A stretch of 64,000 bases of DNA from the human T2T-CHM13v2.0 reference genome, Homo sapiens. Positions 41,488 to 56,921 of the stretch are shown piece by piece (within the stretch, counting starts at the first letter, position 1; each line of letters opens with the position of its first letter). A program made the translations under genes and the position numbers. The stretch lies in NCBI RefSeq assembly GCF_009914755.1, contig NC_060927.1; one strand, written 5' to 3'. Below the pieces are notes generated by a model. The model was not told where the DNA came from and did no database searches. It worked only from the letters and a program-made list of their open reading frames with translations.

Positions 41488-43612
41488 AGATCTAATGTGT
41501 CAATAAAGATATATGTAAATGATACAAAATATACTTATTTTGTAAGTTAGTTTTCAAAGTGCTCCTGACATATTGTGGGGAAGATTTAAAACATGTTGAT
41601 AGTAGAGAGATCCCTTCAGTGGAATAAACATGTATGTATTATAAATGGCCAAAACTGTTTTCTTATATAGTCATGAAAGAGAGATGGTTAGTTGAAATGG
41701 GATCAGCTTGTAGTTATACAGACTTGCTTACACAGAAGCAGATGCAGAAATGCTGAGTCAGAAAATTGGGATAAACTTAAGAGTTAAGATAATCTTTGCC
41801 TTTCAGAAACGTTGCCTTGAAAGAGTAAAACAGGAACATTCATAGTTGATCACAAAAACAGAAAAATATTTGTTTGATAAAATTTTATTTGAAGCAGACA
41901 GCAGTGGCCTCATGTAAGTATTTGCAAAGTTTTTAATCTACTAATAAAACCAACACTTCACAGTTATGGCCCTACTTTCTGTAAAAGCACAAAAACCATG
42001 GAATAGAAATTTCTAAAATGTATTTAATAGAGTAACCTTTAATCTAAATGGAAAGTCATGCTACACAGGGTGATATGTTAATGTATTTCCTACAACCGTA
42101 CGTATTAAATTATTAACTTCCAGCACATTCTCCTTTAAATTACAATTTTGAAGTTCGTTGTAATTCTTCTTTAATAGATCTATGCCTTTTGATTTTCACA
42201 TGGATACTAATATCACTGTTACTCACTTTACTTTGCTCATCAAATTTCTCTTTTAAAATAGTGAATAATTTATTATTAAAGTTGATTTTCATTTTTTAAA
42301 ATCCATTTCTTCTAAAGGGGTTATTTTTCCAAAAACTAATAGGTGTTAGGATTAAAATATAAGGACTATCGAGAGTTTTTCAGAAATAGGATGAACCGTG
42401 AGACAGAAACATTAGAGGCCAGGAAATTTATGAGTTCTGGCCAGCAGTCAGTTAACATCAAGTAGGTCTGTCAGCAGTTATGTCATCTATTGGACTTGAA
42501 TTTAGGACAAATTTATTTCATTGTAGTAAAGGAAATCTGAAAGTGTAAGGGCAAGACCTGACCTGTAGAGTCTGATATAATTTATAATTAATAAAGCAAG
42601 AACTGAGGCCTAGGAAGGTGGCACAGGTAAAGAAAGTTACTCCCAACCAGCCTGCAACAATTATTGTACAAGATACAAACATGCATATCTTGTTTAATTC
42701 ACAAACATAAGTACACACACACACATATACAAGCATGTGTAGTATATTACTGTGCCCATTTTACCATTAGATAAAGTAAGTTCCTATAAGGAAAATTTAA
42801 ATATTGTGTGGTAGACCTACAAGTACAGAAACTGTTCCACTGAAAAAATGTATTGTATATGATATTTTAGGCACTGTATTATATACTAATTATTCTTGGG
42901 ATAGTAATGCATATTCACTACCTTTAAGGAACACAAGGCCTAATGGGGAAAACAGACTAGAAAGTATAATAACATATGAAGCTTAAAAGACGGTAAGTTT
43001 TCTGAGAACTTCAGGTTAGCAGATAACCAAATCTTGATTGTTGGAATAGTCAGAAAGTATTCTAGTAGGAAGTGACTTGAACCTAGATTCTCTTGTGACT
43101 ACTTACTGATACTTCTAAAAATACATGGTGTATCATTAATATCATTATTCATAACAATACAGAAAGCCAGTCACCATTTCTGCAAAGAGGAACCTGAAAG
43201 AATAATATCTGACTCAGTTACAAAATTCAAATACTGTATTGCCGTTATTTCAGGACCTTCTGTTTCAGAGAAGCTTTGATCTTAAGGACAAGACTGGGAA
43301 AATCTAACACAAGATTCAAGTATTTTCAGCCATGAAGTGAGGAAATAACATGCCTGGAATTTAATTAGAGTTTGACACAGATTCTTGCAATAATATGTCA
43401 TCTTTTTTTCTCAAAAAGATATTTTCGTGTTTGCATTTTAAATGAGGATAACTGAAGATAATACAAAGAAGTAAATTTCTACTGCTAAGATTGAATATTA
43501 ATCAATCAGTGAAGATAATAATTTTGACAATGAAAACTATTGTCACAAAATGTACTTTTTAGGTATATATGCCTTCATAGAATGGAGAGAGACCTAAAAA
43601 TTACGATTTGTG

Positions 43613-44075
<463 letters not shown>

Positions 44076-44139
44076 AATGTACACTTTTTGTTGACACAGT
44101 ATAGGAAATAATATTAGTACTCACACCAATATTTGCATT

Positions 44140-44511
44140 CTGTTTTTTCTGAAAACAAGAACTGCATTTCCTACTCCCTTTATCTTCAGCATAGATGTGT
44201 GACTTTATTTGACCAAAGAAATGTGAAAATAAATGTGTCATAAAACATGTAAAAGCTTGAGCGTGATTCTCTATTATCTATTCTACTACTACTTCCAAAT
44301 GAGGAATCTCATGATTCATGATTTGTTTGTGAAAACAAAATATAGTAAATCTTCTTGAACCTGAATCCTTAAGTGAGGAAATGGAAATCAACCCTAATCC
44401 ACCCATTTTGCAAATTTAGTAAGAACAAGATATGAATCTGTAGTTTTAAGCCTCCCAAGTTTTGGATTTGATAGATTGTGTAGCACAAACTTACTTAATA
44501 TGGCTGATTCA
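44140..44511 (+). mobile_element. Old MLT1 (I/J-like) LTR
   Basis: GTGACTTTATTTGACCAAAGAAATGTGA and TTTTAAGCC...GTAGCAC...GGCTGATTCA. Confidence 0.55.
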
Positions 44512-44844
44512 CAGGGTTTTCTTCTCTCTTTTTGGTTCCTTCCTTCCTGTTTTCTCATTTTCGTTATCAAATCAAGATACCCATTACAAAAACTGAATAA
44601 TAATGAGTTTCCAAAAATTGTGACTGAATGGCATGATCACAAACCCTCCCTTGAATAGATAATAATTATTGTTGTAGGTTTAAAATACAATTTGGAGGAC
44701 AGTATCATTCTTTTCATATAAAATATATCTATTTAGTTCCACAATTATTGTCTTGCCTGCTCTCCTCAGGTAGGCTACAATTTGTGATCGTATCATGTGT
44801 GTTTTTGCTAAACACATTTTAAGAAAGTTTTGACCTATTGGGGT

Positions 44845-45248
44845 TTATGATAAGTTGAGTTGTGTTTCTTCTCTACAAAAGATACATCAGAACCCTAACC
44901 CCTCATTATGTTAAGATGAGGTCATTAGGCTGGATTCTAATCCAATGTGACTGGTGTCCTTATAAATAGAGGAAATTTTGGACTAGACACATACAGAGGA
45001 AATACAATGTGAAAGCACAAGGAAAAATCCATATACAAGCCAAGAAACTCTTGAGACTACTAGAAACTAGAAGAGCGGCACAGAATAAATTCTTCCTCCT
45101 AGTCATGAAAACAAAAAACAAAAATGAAAACCCTGATGACACTTGATGTAAGACTTCTAGCCTCCAAAATTTTGTGACAGTAATTTTCTGTCATTCAAGC
45201 CATCTAGTTTGTCATATTTTGATAAGGCAGCTCTAGGAAACTAATACA
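44845..45248 (+). mobile_element. MLT1B/C-like solo LTR
   Basis: TTAAGATGAGGTCATTAGG, AATCCAATGTGACTGGTGTCCTTATAA, GACTTCTAGCCTCCA, CTAGGAAACTAATACA. Confidence 0.85.
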
Positions 45249-48200
45249 AGTTCAGAGTGAAAATTCTCATTCATCTGCTCTCCATAATTTTCAATCTATC
45301 TCTTAAGTTTGCAGTAGATTTTATCTTATGTTGGTATTTATTAAAAATTCTTTTCCTGACTTCAAAGTATATAATAAAAGAAGTTATAAAATATTGTCTT
45401 GGAATTCACTTTAAATCTTAGCAATCAATGTTATGTATAAATCATAATATAACATAAGCAAAATCATTTTATCTAAAAAGACTTACTGTTTAAGAAATAA
45501 TGCTATATCATGGAACTATAAAAACAAAACTTTAAACATAAACACTGAATATTGGTTATGAGTCAGCACAGATTTTTCATGAGTTACATCACTGGATTAC
45601 TTTACATAGGAAACATTTTTAAAAGCTTGAATAATACAAATAACTGATTTTCAATGATGCTGTATATCTTTTCTATGCCTGATTAGCTGCTTGCATTATT
45701 TATGGCACTGAGTTTGCGATGGAAACATAGGTTAAGAGTCATGAATCTTTATGCCTCACTTGACAAGCCAACTAATACATTACTAAGCCTCCCCATTCTT
45801 GTTAAACTTACCTGTAAACCAGTAGTGTCAGTCCTGAATTATTTTTGATATTGAATCTATTGATGAACTGCAAAGGTTAAAATTAAAGTGTGACTTATGC
45901 TGTGATCAGGAGCACCGTGTTAGAGCACTAAGTGATCTGTGCAAATTATAACCGTAAATATTCTTCAGATTCTGCATTATAGCTCTGCTATGAAGCTCTG
46001 TGTTCTCGTTCTTTCTCCCTCAAGGAGATTCCTTAGGATAAGAGTGCTGATAAAAACAATCTTTCAGATCCTTATGACTGTGAATAAAGCACCTGTTTTT
46101 TTTTTCTTTTTTCTTTTTGCTTCTTGATTTTGAAACATGATCCTTAGAAAAAAGTATTTCCCACTATGTAGTTTCAATCAACTAGAATTTAAAGTCTTTC
46201 AAGAGATAAATTTGAAGAACAGGATCTGTGCTTTATTACTTGTAGGCAAGTATAATGAATAAGAAAATACTCACAGGATTTCATGGTGGTTCAGAAGCAT
46301 GTGATATGTCTTCTAGTTAAGGGGATTCATGAGTCACTGAAAGCCTCACTTTCCCACATCTCTAGGTTCTATTTTAAGGCTAAAATATCAATTCTCTCCA
46401 GTTTATCTCATTTAAGCAGACAGGTTTCAATGATAGCAGGTTATCAAGAGACATGTTGGCATAGATGAACTCAGATACGAAAAATAAGGATAAACCCACT
46501 GGGTTGGGATGACAGCAGAGGTTGTATATTAAGTTGGAATTTATATTGGATTATCTTAAATGTAAATGAGTAAATACCATCAAGCCTGAGGATGCTAGCA
46601 GCAGGAGTCTCTAAAATCCCACTACTTCCTCCCTAATATTAGGTATGATTTAAGAACCCATGGGATTGTATTAATCACTTCATCATCGTATCTCACCAAT
46701 GGATGAAAAAATTAGATTTTTGCTTCAATTTTCTCTCTCTGCTTTATGATCTTGTAGTAAAAATGAAACAAATAATGAACATCAATTCTCATTGATGAAG
46801 TGCATAATTTATGCCTATTCATATATATTATTTGATCAAATATTTAGGTTTAAAAACAGTCATCTCTGGATTTATTCATTTTTTGCACATGTAAAAATAC
46901 ACATGTAAATGCCTTTTAATAGTTGTGAAGATTATCTGAAAATGAATTGTTTAATTAACTTGGGAGACTTGGGATTTAAAGATACAGAACATTAAAAATT
47001 CTTTCACAGCAAGAAGAGTCATCAAGTAGTTTTAAAAAATATTTCAACTACATAAATGTACTAGTATATATATATTCTGACAGGTATTAAGCTTTGTGCA
47101 ATGTAAATAAACTATACAGGGAAATAAGTAATAAGCTATTTTACTGAAAAAATTATATAGCATTTCAATTACCAATGTTGTAATTTGTTGTCAAAGGAGA
47201 ACTAAGAGGGAGACTATATCCTCAGAGTGTGACACTTTTATGGGCATATAGAAATTTTTTTCCCTGTACCTTGAATGGGGCAATGTATCTGATTTTTTTG
47301 TAGTAAACAAATTTTCATCATGCAATAAATACAAAGGCTCAATTACTGACTATATAAAATTATAGTATTATTTATTCAAAATTTACATTTTAGGAGTAAT
47401 AATATTGTTTATTGTAGGTACTCAGGATAAAGTAATACACAAAACAAGTAAAATCTCTGCCCTAATTGTGTTTATAGTCTATACCCCTCCCTTTTATTTT
47501 CCTTTGAAATTATGTAGAAGGAAAGAACAATCTAGACATTGCCAATTCTCATTGAGGCTGAATATGGTCCTTAGAAAGTTAATATTTAAATAAAACTATT
47601 AGGTAAAGTAAACCAAACGTATTCTATCAAATATCTGTGTTTATGAGCTTCAGAAAGAAGTAGACAAATAACTCAAGCATTGAACAAGTGATAGCACGAC
47701 AGTAAAAATTTAACAGATTTCTGAGTGCTAATTTATGTTGGTGTATCAGTCAGAGTTCACTCAAGAAAACAAAGATACTATGAGTAAGAGGAAGGTAAGA
47801 GGGTTATTATTAAAATTATACCTTACACAGTTGTGGGAAGAGTTGTTTAAGAAAGTTTACCAGGATCAGAGTTACCAACAATTTGACTGAAGCACTGGTA
47901 CAAGTAGACAGATAAGACTCTCAGGGAAATATGAGGCACCCATTATTACCTCTTGTCCCTGCAGTGAATTCACAAACCAGAGCTTGTTGAAAGGCCTATG
48001 GGAAGCTGTTATGTCTATGTATCTACTGCTTCTCATCTAAGGATCCCAGAATATTTTTGGACAACAGACTCAACAGTCAGAGAAAGAATCATTGGAAAGT
48101 CATGAAACAGAGTGATATTCCAGCTACCTTGTGATTCTGTCACCACATCTGACTGTGATAACATTCCAAGAATAATGGCTATTACTTCATTCTTCTGTAA

Positions 48201-49020
48201 GTTTTCCTTTGGCCAAATATAACTCAGAACCATACAGAAAAACAGATACTGGGAAACACAATTCTGGGATATATCTATGTTGATACAGAAAAATGTGGCA
48301 TAGTAGAAGAATAGAGTAGTATTGATTTTCCCATAATAGCATTTAAAGGAAAATAACAAACTAAATAGAATATACTACATGAAAATACCTCCAGTCGTTC
48401 CCTCTATTTTATTTGAAAAATTCAATTGTATTTTTATTTGAAAATGGATTATTAGACTGAACATCTAAAGTACATTGAATATTCACATTAAAAAAGTCAA
48501 AGGCTAGTTTTATACTTAATCTTGTCATCAAGGTTTCATTGCAGAATAGATATTATATCTGAATAAATTTTATGTTATGAACACTTTGGAATTATCAATT
48601 TACCTGAGATTTTACCCCTGACTGCTCATCCAGAAAACCAAGCAGAGCTTTCCTCAGTTTCATGCCAGAAATCCAAACCACACTTGTTTAAATATAAAGG
48701 GAGAATTTATTGAATTATAACATGAAAAATTCAAAGGGAAGCCTTCACATACAGACAGATCCAGGTAATTAACTATATCAAGATGTTGTTTTTCTTTATC
48801 AATGTTCCAAATTTCTCTGTGTTGGCTTCATTATTAGTCAGATTTTATTCATATAGTAGAAAAAGAAATTGACCAAGAGCTGTTCCAAGATTTCATTCTA
48901 ACGTGAACCAGAAAAGAATGTTTCTTTCTCCATTGCTAAGGCAAACTTCAAAGAGATGGTGCTCATTTGCTTAGCTTAGTAATATTCCATTCACCAAAAT
49001 GATAATTGTAACTAAGAATT

Positions 49021-50569
49021 TGTGATGGTTAATTTCATGTGTCAACTTAGCTGATTTAAAACGTATCCATTGTGGTTTCAATTTGCATTTCTCTAATGAT
49101 TAGTGAGGTTGAACATTTTTTACATGCTTGTTGGCCACACATGTCTTCTTTTGAAAAGTGTCTGTCCATAAACTTTGTCCACTTTTTAATGGAGTTGCTT
49201 GTTTTTTGCTTATAAATTTAAGTTCCCTGTAGATTCTGGATATTAGGCCTTTGTCAGATGCACAGTTTAAAAATATCTTCTCTCATTCTGTGGGTTGTCT
49301 GTTTGCTCTTTTGATGGTTTCTTTTGCTCTGCAAGCTCTTTAGTGTAATTAAATCTCGTTTGCCAATTTTTGTTTTTGTTGCAATTGCAAAACCACAATG
49401 ATACATAACTTTACACTGATCAGAATAACTATTATTAAAAAGTCAAAAACTAACAGATGCTGGTGAGGTTGCAGAGAAAATGGAATTCTTAGGCCCTGCT
49501 GGTGGGAGTGTAAATTCGTTCAGCCATGTGGAAAACCAGGTGAATCCTCCTCAAAGAGGCTAAATCAGAATTACCATTAGAGCCAAAAATCCCATTATTG
49601 GGTATATATCCAAAGAAATAGAAATCATTTTACGATAGAGACATATGCAAGCGTATGTTCAGTGCAGCACTATTCACAACAGCAAAGGCATGGAACCAAC
49701 CTAAATGCCAATCAACAGTAGATTGGATAAAGAGAATGTAGTATGTATACAGCATGGAATACTATGCAGCCATAGAAATAACAAGATCATGTCCTTTACA
49801 GGAACACGGATGGAGCTAGGTGGCCATTATCCTAAGCAAACTCATGCAGATGCAGAAAACTGAATACCACATGTTCTCACTTATAAGTAGGAGCTAAAAA
49901 CGAGAGCACATGGACACTAACAACAAGAGAACAACAAGGGAAAAATAATACTTGAAGGAGGAGATTGGGAGAGGGAGAGCATGAGAAAAAAATGACTGTT
50001 GGGTACTATGCTTATTACCTTGATAATAAAATAATCTATACGTTAAACCCCCATAAACTGCAGTTTACCTACATAGCAAACCTGCACATGTACCCCTAAG
50101 CCTAAAATAAACTTATATGATAGCTAGAAAAACATCTTTTCTGAGTTTTTCTACGAGGGTAAAAGAGATTAGCAGTAGCCTGAATAAAGAAGATCCACTT
50201 CCACCAATGGGAGCAGGAATCATCCAACCCCTCAAGAGCCTGGATAGAACAAAACAATGGAAAAAGGTCAAATCCACTGTATCTTATTGAGCTGGGATGT
50301 CTATTTCATTCAGCCAGTGGTCAGCATCCTCAGTCTTCAGGCTTTCAGACTCAGAATGAATTATACCACAGACTTTCCTGGTCATGCAGCTTGCACACAG
50401 TACATTGTGGGGCTTCTTGGCTCCCATACGTATGTCACCTAAATCTCAAATTAAGTCCTGTCTGTCTATCTGTCTATCTATCTATCTATCTATTTATCTA
50501 TCTATGTATCCATTCATCTATCTATCCATCCACCCTACTGGTTCTGTTTCTCTGGAGAACTCTAACACA
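49021..50569 (+). mobile_element. MLT2B-like ERVL LTR interrupted by L1; (TCTA)n at about 50460-50530
   Basis: TGTGATGGTTAATTTCATGTGTCAACTT start; resumes GATAGCTAGAAAAACAT; ends GGTTCTGTTTCTCTGGAGAACTCTAACACA. Confidence 0.85.
49068..50111 (+). mobile_element. L1PA15/16-like element with inverted 5' segment (49068-49388 antisense, 49389-50111 sense)
   Basis: Antisense ORF2 piece abuts the next sense ORF2 piece; 3' UTR ends CCTGCACATGTACCCCTAAGCCTAAAATAAA. Confidence 0.9.
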
Positions 50570-50699
50570 GGATGAAACGTTAATTAGCCCAACTTAAATT
50601 ATCTGCCCATATCTGCACAGGTGAGTAAGACTCGGGAAATCAGCATTTGTAATGGATTTCTGAAATGAAAAAAAGATAATGAGGGAATTCATTGTAGGA

Positions 50700-51167
50700 T
50701 GGTATTATGGGTTGAATTTTGTCCTTGTAAAATTCATATTTGACATCTTAACCCCTTGTATTGCAGAATATGATCTATTTGGGAATAAAGTCATTGGAGA
50801 TATAATTAATATTAAGATGAGATCATTAGGGTGGGCACTAATCCAGTGTGACTGGTGTCCTTATGAACAGGAAACATTTGAACACAGAAACATGCATACA
50901 GGGAGAATGCCACAGGAATATAAAGTCAAAGATTGGGATGATGCCTCTACAATGCCAGCTAAGGAATGTGGAAAGTTGCCATCAAATCACCAGAAACGAA
51001 ACAAAGGTTATGGAACACATGCACTTTTATAACCCTAAGAAAACACCAACACTGCTAAAATCTTTATCTTGGATTTCTATTTTCCAGGGCCGTGAGATGA
51101 TAAATTTCTGTCACTTAGACCACCAAGTTTCTGGTAATTTATTATGGTGGCCCTAGAAAATAATACA
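50700..51167 (+). mobile_element. MLT1B/C solo LTR
   Basis: TATGGGTTGAATTTTGTCC, TTAAGATGAGATCATTAGGGTGGGC, CCCTAGAAAATAATACA. Confidence 0.85.
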
Positions 51168-51564
51168 GAAGGCAAAATCAAGATTTGTCTGTTACAGCTG
51201 CTGTTCTAGATAAGTTGTCCTGGACATATGCAGTTTCTGCTATAATATACCAGAAGTCTAATTAAACATCTTTCTAGGCTTTGCTATGTTTATTTTTTAA
51301 CATTAAGATGTGAGATGTTGCAGGTTTCACTCTTATTATTTTCACTTATTGACCCCTATTGACAGCAGGCTTTGTGTTTAATTGATGGTGATGTTCCTAG
51401 AGTCTAACAGAGTTTTTTTGCATGACAAAATAGGTGTTTTAAGAACCACTATTGCAGAATTTACAGTAAAAATTGACTAAAAGTAACATTGGTGGAACAT
51501 GATAGGCACTAGATGAGTTAATATCATAGAAAGAAGCAAAGGACACAGAACTTTACTTTGAGGA

Positions 51565-51960
51565 TTGAATTAGTTTTCTATTGCTGTTGTAAAAGTACTA
51601 CAAATTCCATGCCTTTAAAATCACATCAATTAGTTTAAAATTCGATGAGTTCATTTAGAAGTCCAATGTAGGTCTCAGTTGGCTAAGTTCTAATTGTCAA
51701 TACAGCTGCCTTTCTTTCTGGAGGAATGAGATTCACTTCCATGCTTTTCCAGCTGCTAGAGGTCATATACATTCCTTGGTCCATGTACCCCTTCCTTCAT
51801 CTTCAAAACCAGCAACACTGCATCTCTAATTATTCTTCCATAATCACTTCTCCCTCTGATTCTACTCTCTCTCTCTTCTACTTTTAATGACTGTTGTGAT
51901 CATATTTAACCTACCTAGATAATCCAGGAAAATTTTCATATACTACCATTACTCAACCTA
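51565..51960 (-). mobile_element. MLT1D-like LTR
   Basis: ATTAGTTTTCTATTGCTGTTGTAA, TTTTCCAGCTGCTAGAGG, CCTTCATCTTCAAAACCAGCAA. Confidence 0.75.
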
Positions 51961-54900
51961 CTACAAGAAGTTCATTGTCATTTCAATGGGAAGGGATGCA
52001 GGGTTGGAAGAAAGTAGAGATGAGTTTACTTCAGGTTTCCACTGGGCTGATACACAGTTTTTCTCCTCTTTACTGATATAATGAATGATTAATTGAGATA
52101 GGTGCTTTTATAGCAGAGTCCTAATTTTTTTTTCCCTTTTGGGAGTTAATAGTACAACAATGATCTATTATACCTTTGTTTTGTATCTTTATTAAAATGC
52201 AATGTTTTCTAAATTTTAAGGCTATCTTAAATTTTAAAGTTATTCATTAATTCTGATACGTTAAATTTATTTTGAAAATATTTTGAATTCTAGTCACATT
52301 TTCTAAAGTGTTAAATTCTAAACCAGTACTACATTAATATAAAGCTTAATGGTAAGTTATATTCAGTAATACATATTTTTAGTGTTTCAAATACATAAAA
52401 AACCAGAATATATGCCTAATTCAAAATAACACTAAAGTATATAGAGTTAATTAGATGAGAGAAGGCAGAGAATAAACTATTGCTAACAGATATAGTAGGA
52501 AAGAAGAACAACCTTTTACTTATTTTTTCTGTAGCATTTTTAGTAATTCAGAAAAGCTGCAACCATAAAATATCCAATAGGCAGTAAGACACAGTGTTAT
52601 AGTTCTTTTGCCCTCAGAGATGAAATTATAATGAGAAATCACACTTTTAGGACTTTGCAGAATCATGGTGACCTGAAGTGTAGGACTATATAATTCCTAA
52701 ATCTTCTTGCTAAAACCTTTTTAAGAGTCTAATCCTCGAGAGGTAAGTAGTCAGGGTTTTCTATAAATAAATGCATTGCTATCAATGAACTCAAAACCAA
52801 TCACAGACTCTAAGTGGTGAGAAGAGCTGAATTTTGTTCTAGAGTTATGATGAAGTTTATAAGCCATTGTTACAATTTTGTCTCTGCTTCATTCTTATTA
52901 TGATATACATTAGATCTTGGTGTTAAAAGTTATTGTGTATACAGCAGAAAAAAATGTCTAATGTCTAGAAGACATTTTCAGCTCATTTCATACTGTGGAT
53001 AGAGATTTTCTTTAAATTCCATAATCTGATTTCTGAGCCAAAAAGAGATCAATATATTCAGGTTATAAATAGAAAATGACCACCTCAACCTTTTACTTAC
53101 TCTCTGATCTAAAGCTTAAGAAAACATTTTGTAAATCATGTCCCTTCCACACTTTTTCACACTTTATAATATCAACCTTTTATAACTCAACAGAGTATCT
53201 TTACTGGTGTTTATAGCCCCTTAATAATTAGGACATCAGGATAGATTGGTTTACCTTTATAAGACTTTCTGGGGCTTTTTAGGGTCATGTGGAAATATTA
53301 CATTTTTTTAAGGCAGAAGCTGAATAACTGCCATGGCAATGACAGTGATGTAGATAATTCTGTTCTCTGAACTATGCCTCAGAGTCTCTGTATAGATTTA
53401 GGACATAACATTTTCATGGGTGATGGGGACAGAGGTCATGGAGAAGGGGAATTATGATTCAATTTAGTCTCCACTGGTCCCCATTGGTATAAAACTTCAA
53501 CCAAACAATTTAATCACAATAACTGGATTTTTCTGGTTTTCACTGAATTCAAGTTGGCTAGTATAGCTTTGACACATTAATAGCTGCAATCCAAAGATGT
53601 TCAAAGATTACCAGACATTTAAGTTTTCTGGATGGATCTGAGGAGGAAAGAAGACTTTACTATGTATTGAGGACCTGGAAATACATATTATGATTCACAT
53701 ATACTAATATTTTCTTGCATCTGGAAGAAAAGAAAACTGACATATTTTAGTATTTTAAAATCTCCTCACTTCTGTTTATTTTTAAAAAGTAAAATAGCAG
53801 TTTCTTAAATAAGAACTTAACTTTGTCAAAGAGGAATCTCGAAATGTTTTTTACAATAAAAAATATAAACAGGGAAGAAACACACACTATGTTACAAAAC
53901 GTCACTAAATATTGTGAGATGTTACGTTTAATTCCAAAACATCTAATGCTGGTTTTGATGTCCCTTTCTGATTAAAATGACTTGCCTAAGGGACTTGTTT
54001 TATTGTTAGTGAACGTATGCTTTTTTCACAATTTTCTTCACAAAACACTATCTATTAGGTACCTATTATGTTCTAGGCATTATGTTCACCATTTGAGGAA
54101 TAAAGACAAAAAGACATGGTTGTATTATTTAGAAGCTCCACATGTAATGAAGGAGGAATGTGTATGCAGAGCGCTTCGATGTACTTGGATGAGTATTCCA
54201 AACAAGTGAACACAGTGAATAAAAAATAAAAAGTAACTTATTTTGCTTGAGGCCCAGAGAGATAAAGTGGGGGGTTGGGCCTGGGAACAATTTTCAGTTG
54301 TAACTTGTTGGAGCATAGAAAGGGGAAGAAAATACCAGGGAAAAAGAAGAGTGTGTTTATCAGAGTCCAATCAGGACAGGAGACCACATTAATCTGAACA
54401 AGAGAAATATGCAAAACTGTCAACTATTAAGTGTGACAAAAAGATAAAAAAGATAATCCAAAATTATAATGAAATAGTAAATGCAGAAAGCATCTATTGC
54501 CTCTAGGGCTGAGAGAGAGTGACCAAAGAAGAACCAAATTGAAAAAGCACACTTTTCAACTTTTCTTAGTTCATTTTCATTTGTTGTCTTCTCTCTAGCA
54601 GGTTGAACCAGAAAATAAAGACCCTACAAGAGGAACAGAAGCTTCTTTAATGATTAAACTTACCAAACTTGAAGATCTTGAAACGAAAGACTGTACTATC
54701 TAAAGATTTTTAAAGTACCCAAGTAGAATAATTAGCAAATCATTACTGAAAGATAACTCACTGACATTTTCTGACATTTAATTAGGTTTAAGATCTGAAA
54801 TAATGGGATGTGCTATATTGACAATGAAAAAATAGATTTCAAAAGGTTGCATACTTCAGTGTAATTTATTTTAGTGTCTGAAAAACTGGTTTTGTCAAAA

Positions 54901-55392
54901 AATAGTTTGTCTTTTAAAAATGGCCCGTGCTAGCAATTAAAATGAAAATAAAATCCACTCGGTTTACTTACATGTGAAACATATTGAGCAGATCTGCATT
55001 AGAAATTGAAAGACTTTCAAATCTGCCTTAAATGTGTTGCACTCTTGATACCATTTTCTGTACTGGCTCATTGGAAAATATCTTACATAGGTTGGGATTG
55101 TGGTTAATTAAAACAGGAAAAAAGAAAAAACAACTGCGCTTCCGTCATTGTCTTGAGTTTCCAAACAGTTTCTGACTCATTTCATTGGCAGAGCTGCTGC
55201 AGCATAGCACTGCAAGTTTCCATGGCCACATGCAGAATAGTTTTCAAAGATCGCCCAAGCCAGAGGAAACCAGGGCAGCTTATTATAGCTCATATGTTGA
55301 ATGGTTAAAAAGCCGTATCAAAGCAAAACATATTTCTATTAAAGACCTGCTTTTTTTTTTCCCACCTTAAGGATTTTTACATTTCGTCATAA

Positions 55393-55853
55393 TTATTTTT
55401 AATGGACACATAATTATATATAATTTATGAGGTACAGTATAATATTTTGATACATGTATACACTATAATAATGAAATAAAGGTGATTAGCATATTCATCA
55501 CCTCAAACGTTTATAATTTCTTTTGTTGGGAACACTCAAAATCCTCTCTTCTAGATATTTGAAAATATACAATAAATTGTTACTTATTGTCACCCTACAG
55601 TGCTGTAGAACACTAGGATCTATTCCTTCTATCATTTTATATTCATTTACCAACCTTTTCCTATCCTCTCTCAAATACCCCTCCCAGCCTGGAATACTAT
55701 TTTACCATGAAAAATAATGAAATCCTATCATCAGCAACATGGATGAGCCTGGAGGACATAATCTTAAATACAATAAGCCAGGCACAGAGGAATAAACACT
55801 GCACATTCTCACTCAAAGATAGAAACCAAAAAAGTTGATCTTATAGAAGCAGA
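55393..55853 (-). mobile_element. L1MA5/6-like 3' end with inverted upstream segment (55690-55853)
   Basis: Antisense L1MA 3' UTR joined at TGG to sense TGGAATACTATT...AAAAAGTTGATCTTATAGAAGCAGA. Confidence 0.8.
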
Positions 55854-56804
55854 CCCATTTTTGAAAATTTTAAATTTTAAATTGTTTCTTTTGACTTAAT
55901 TTACAGTGGCTCCTATATAAAATGAAGATGTTAGGGGAAGAAGGTGATAATGGCTTGTTATATTTCAGTGAATTCTTCAGTTTTCTAGTGCATTGCCTTT
56001 TCAAGGTGTCTGGGTAATGTATTCTTGGTATAGTTAGCATTAATAGAAAAAAGGAATAAATAAAGTTTACCACCATGATAAGTAATATCTGAAAGTAAAC
56101 AGAGAAGAGTTATGGAGTCTGGTTGAAGGGAAACAAGATTGAAATTTGAGAAGCAGAGATATTTTGAAGGTAAAATATAGTTAACTGAGAATTTCTGCTC
56201 AAGTGATCAATGCAAAAAAAAATCTAGTAAACACAAGAATCAGTGTGGAAATACCTGGAAACCACTGTGCAGAGGCCTCAAGAAACACACCACTGATAAG
56301 ACATTACACAAGGTTTATTGAGTCATCTAGTAGAGTACACATAACTTCCTCCCCCACCCCAATTTGTATTATTCCACGGCTTAGGTCAGGCATATATGAT
56401 CAGCCTTTGTCATAGCCTATGTAAAATGTCAAGTAGGGAATGTCTCTGTCCCTGTATCACTCAGTAATGGCATCAGAGGGAAGACAACATCCATAAAACT
56501 ACAAAGTGGGAAACGCTCTGGTCAGAGAAGTAGGCATATTACGAAGGGGAACCTCTGAGTTTAGTGTCTTGTGTCAGCCTGTTCTTTTGTTAACCTAACA
56601 TAGACCTGCTATGCTGGCTATCTTCTGAGCTACTAAAGTAGGGAGAAAAATGAGTTTCTGAACTGTCAATGATTTTCTTTATAAATGCTACTGTACTCTT
56701 CGTTCATTCCCTTGCCATGTGTATATTACATCACTGATTATTTTCATCATTGTTAATTTCTGTCTTAGATTAGTTTATCTCAGAATCAGCATCAGGTTTC
56801 TCTA

Positions 56805-56808
<4 letters not shown>

Positions 56809-56859
<51 letters not shown>

Positions 56860-56921
56860 TACACATACATATATACACATACATATACATACATATATAT
56901 GAATATATATATATATATATA
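56809..56921. repeat. Compound (TA)n(CA)n(TACA)n(TA)n microsatellite
   Basis: Directly visible. Confidence 0.95.
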
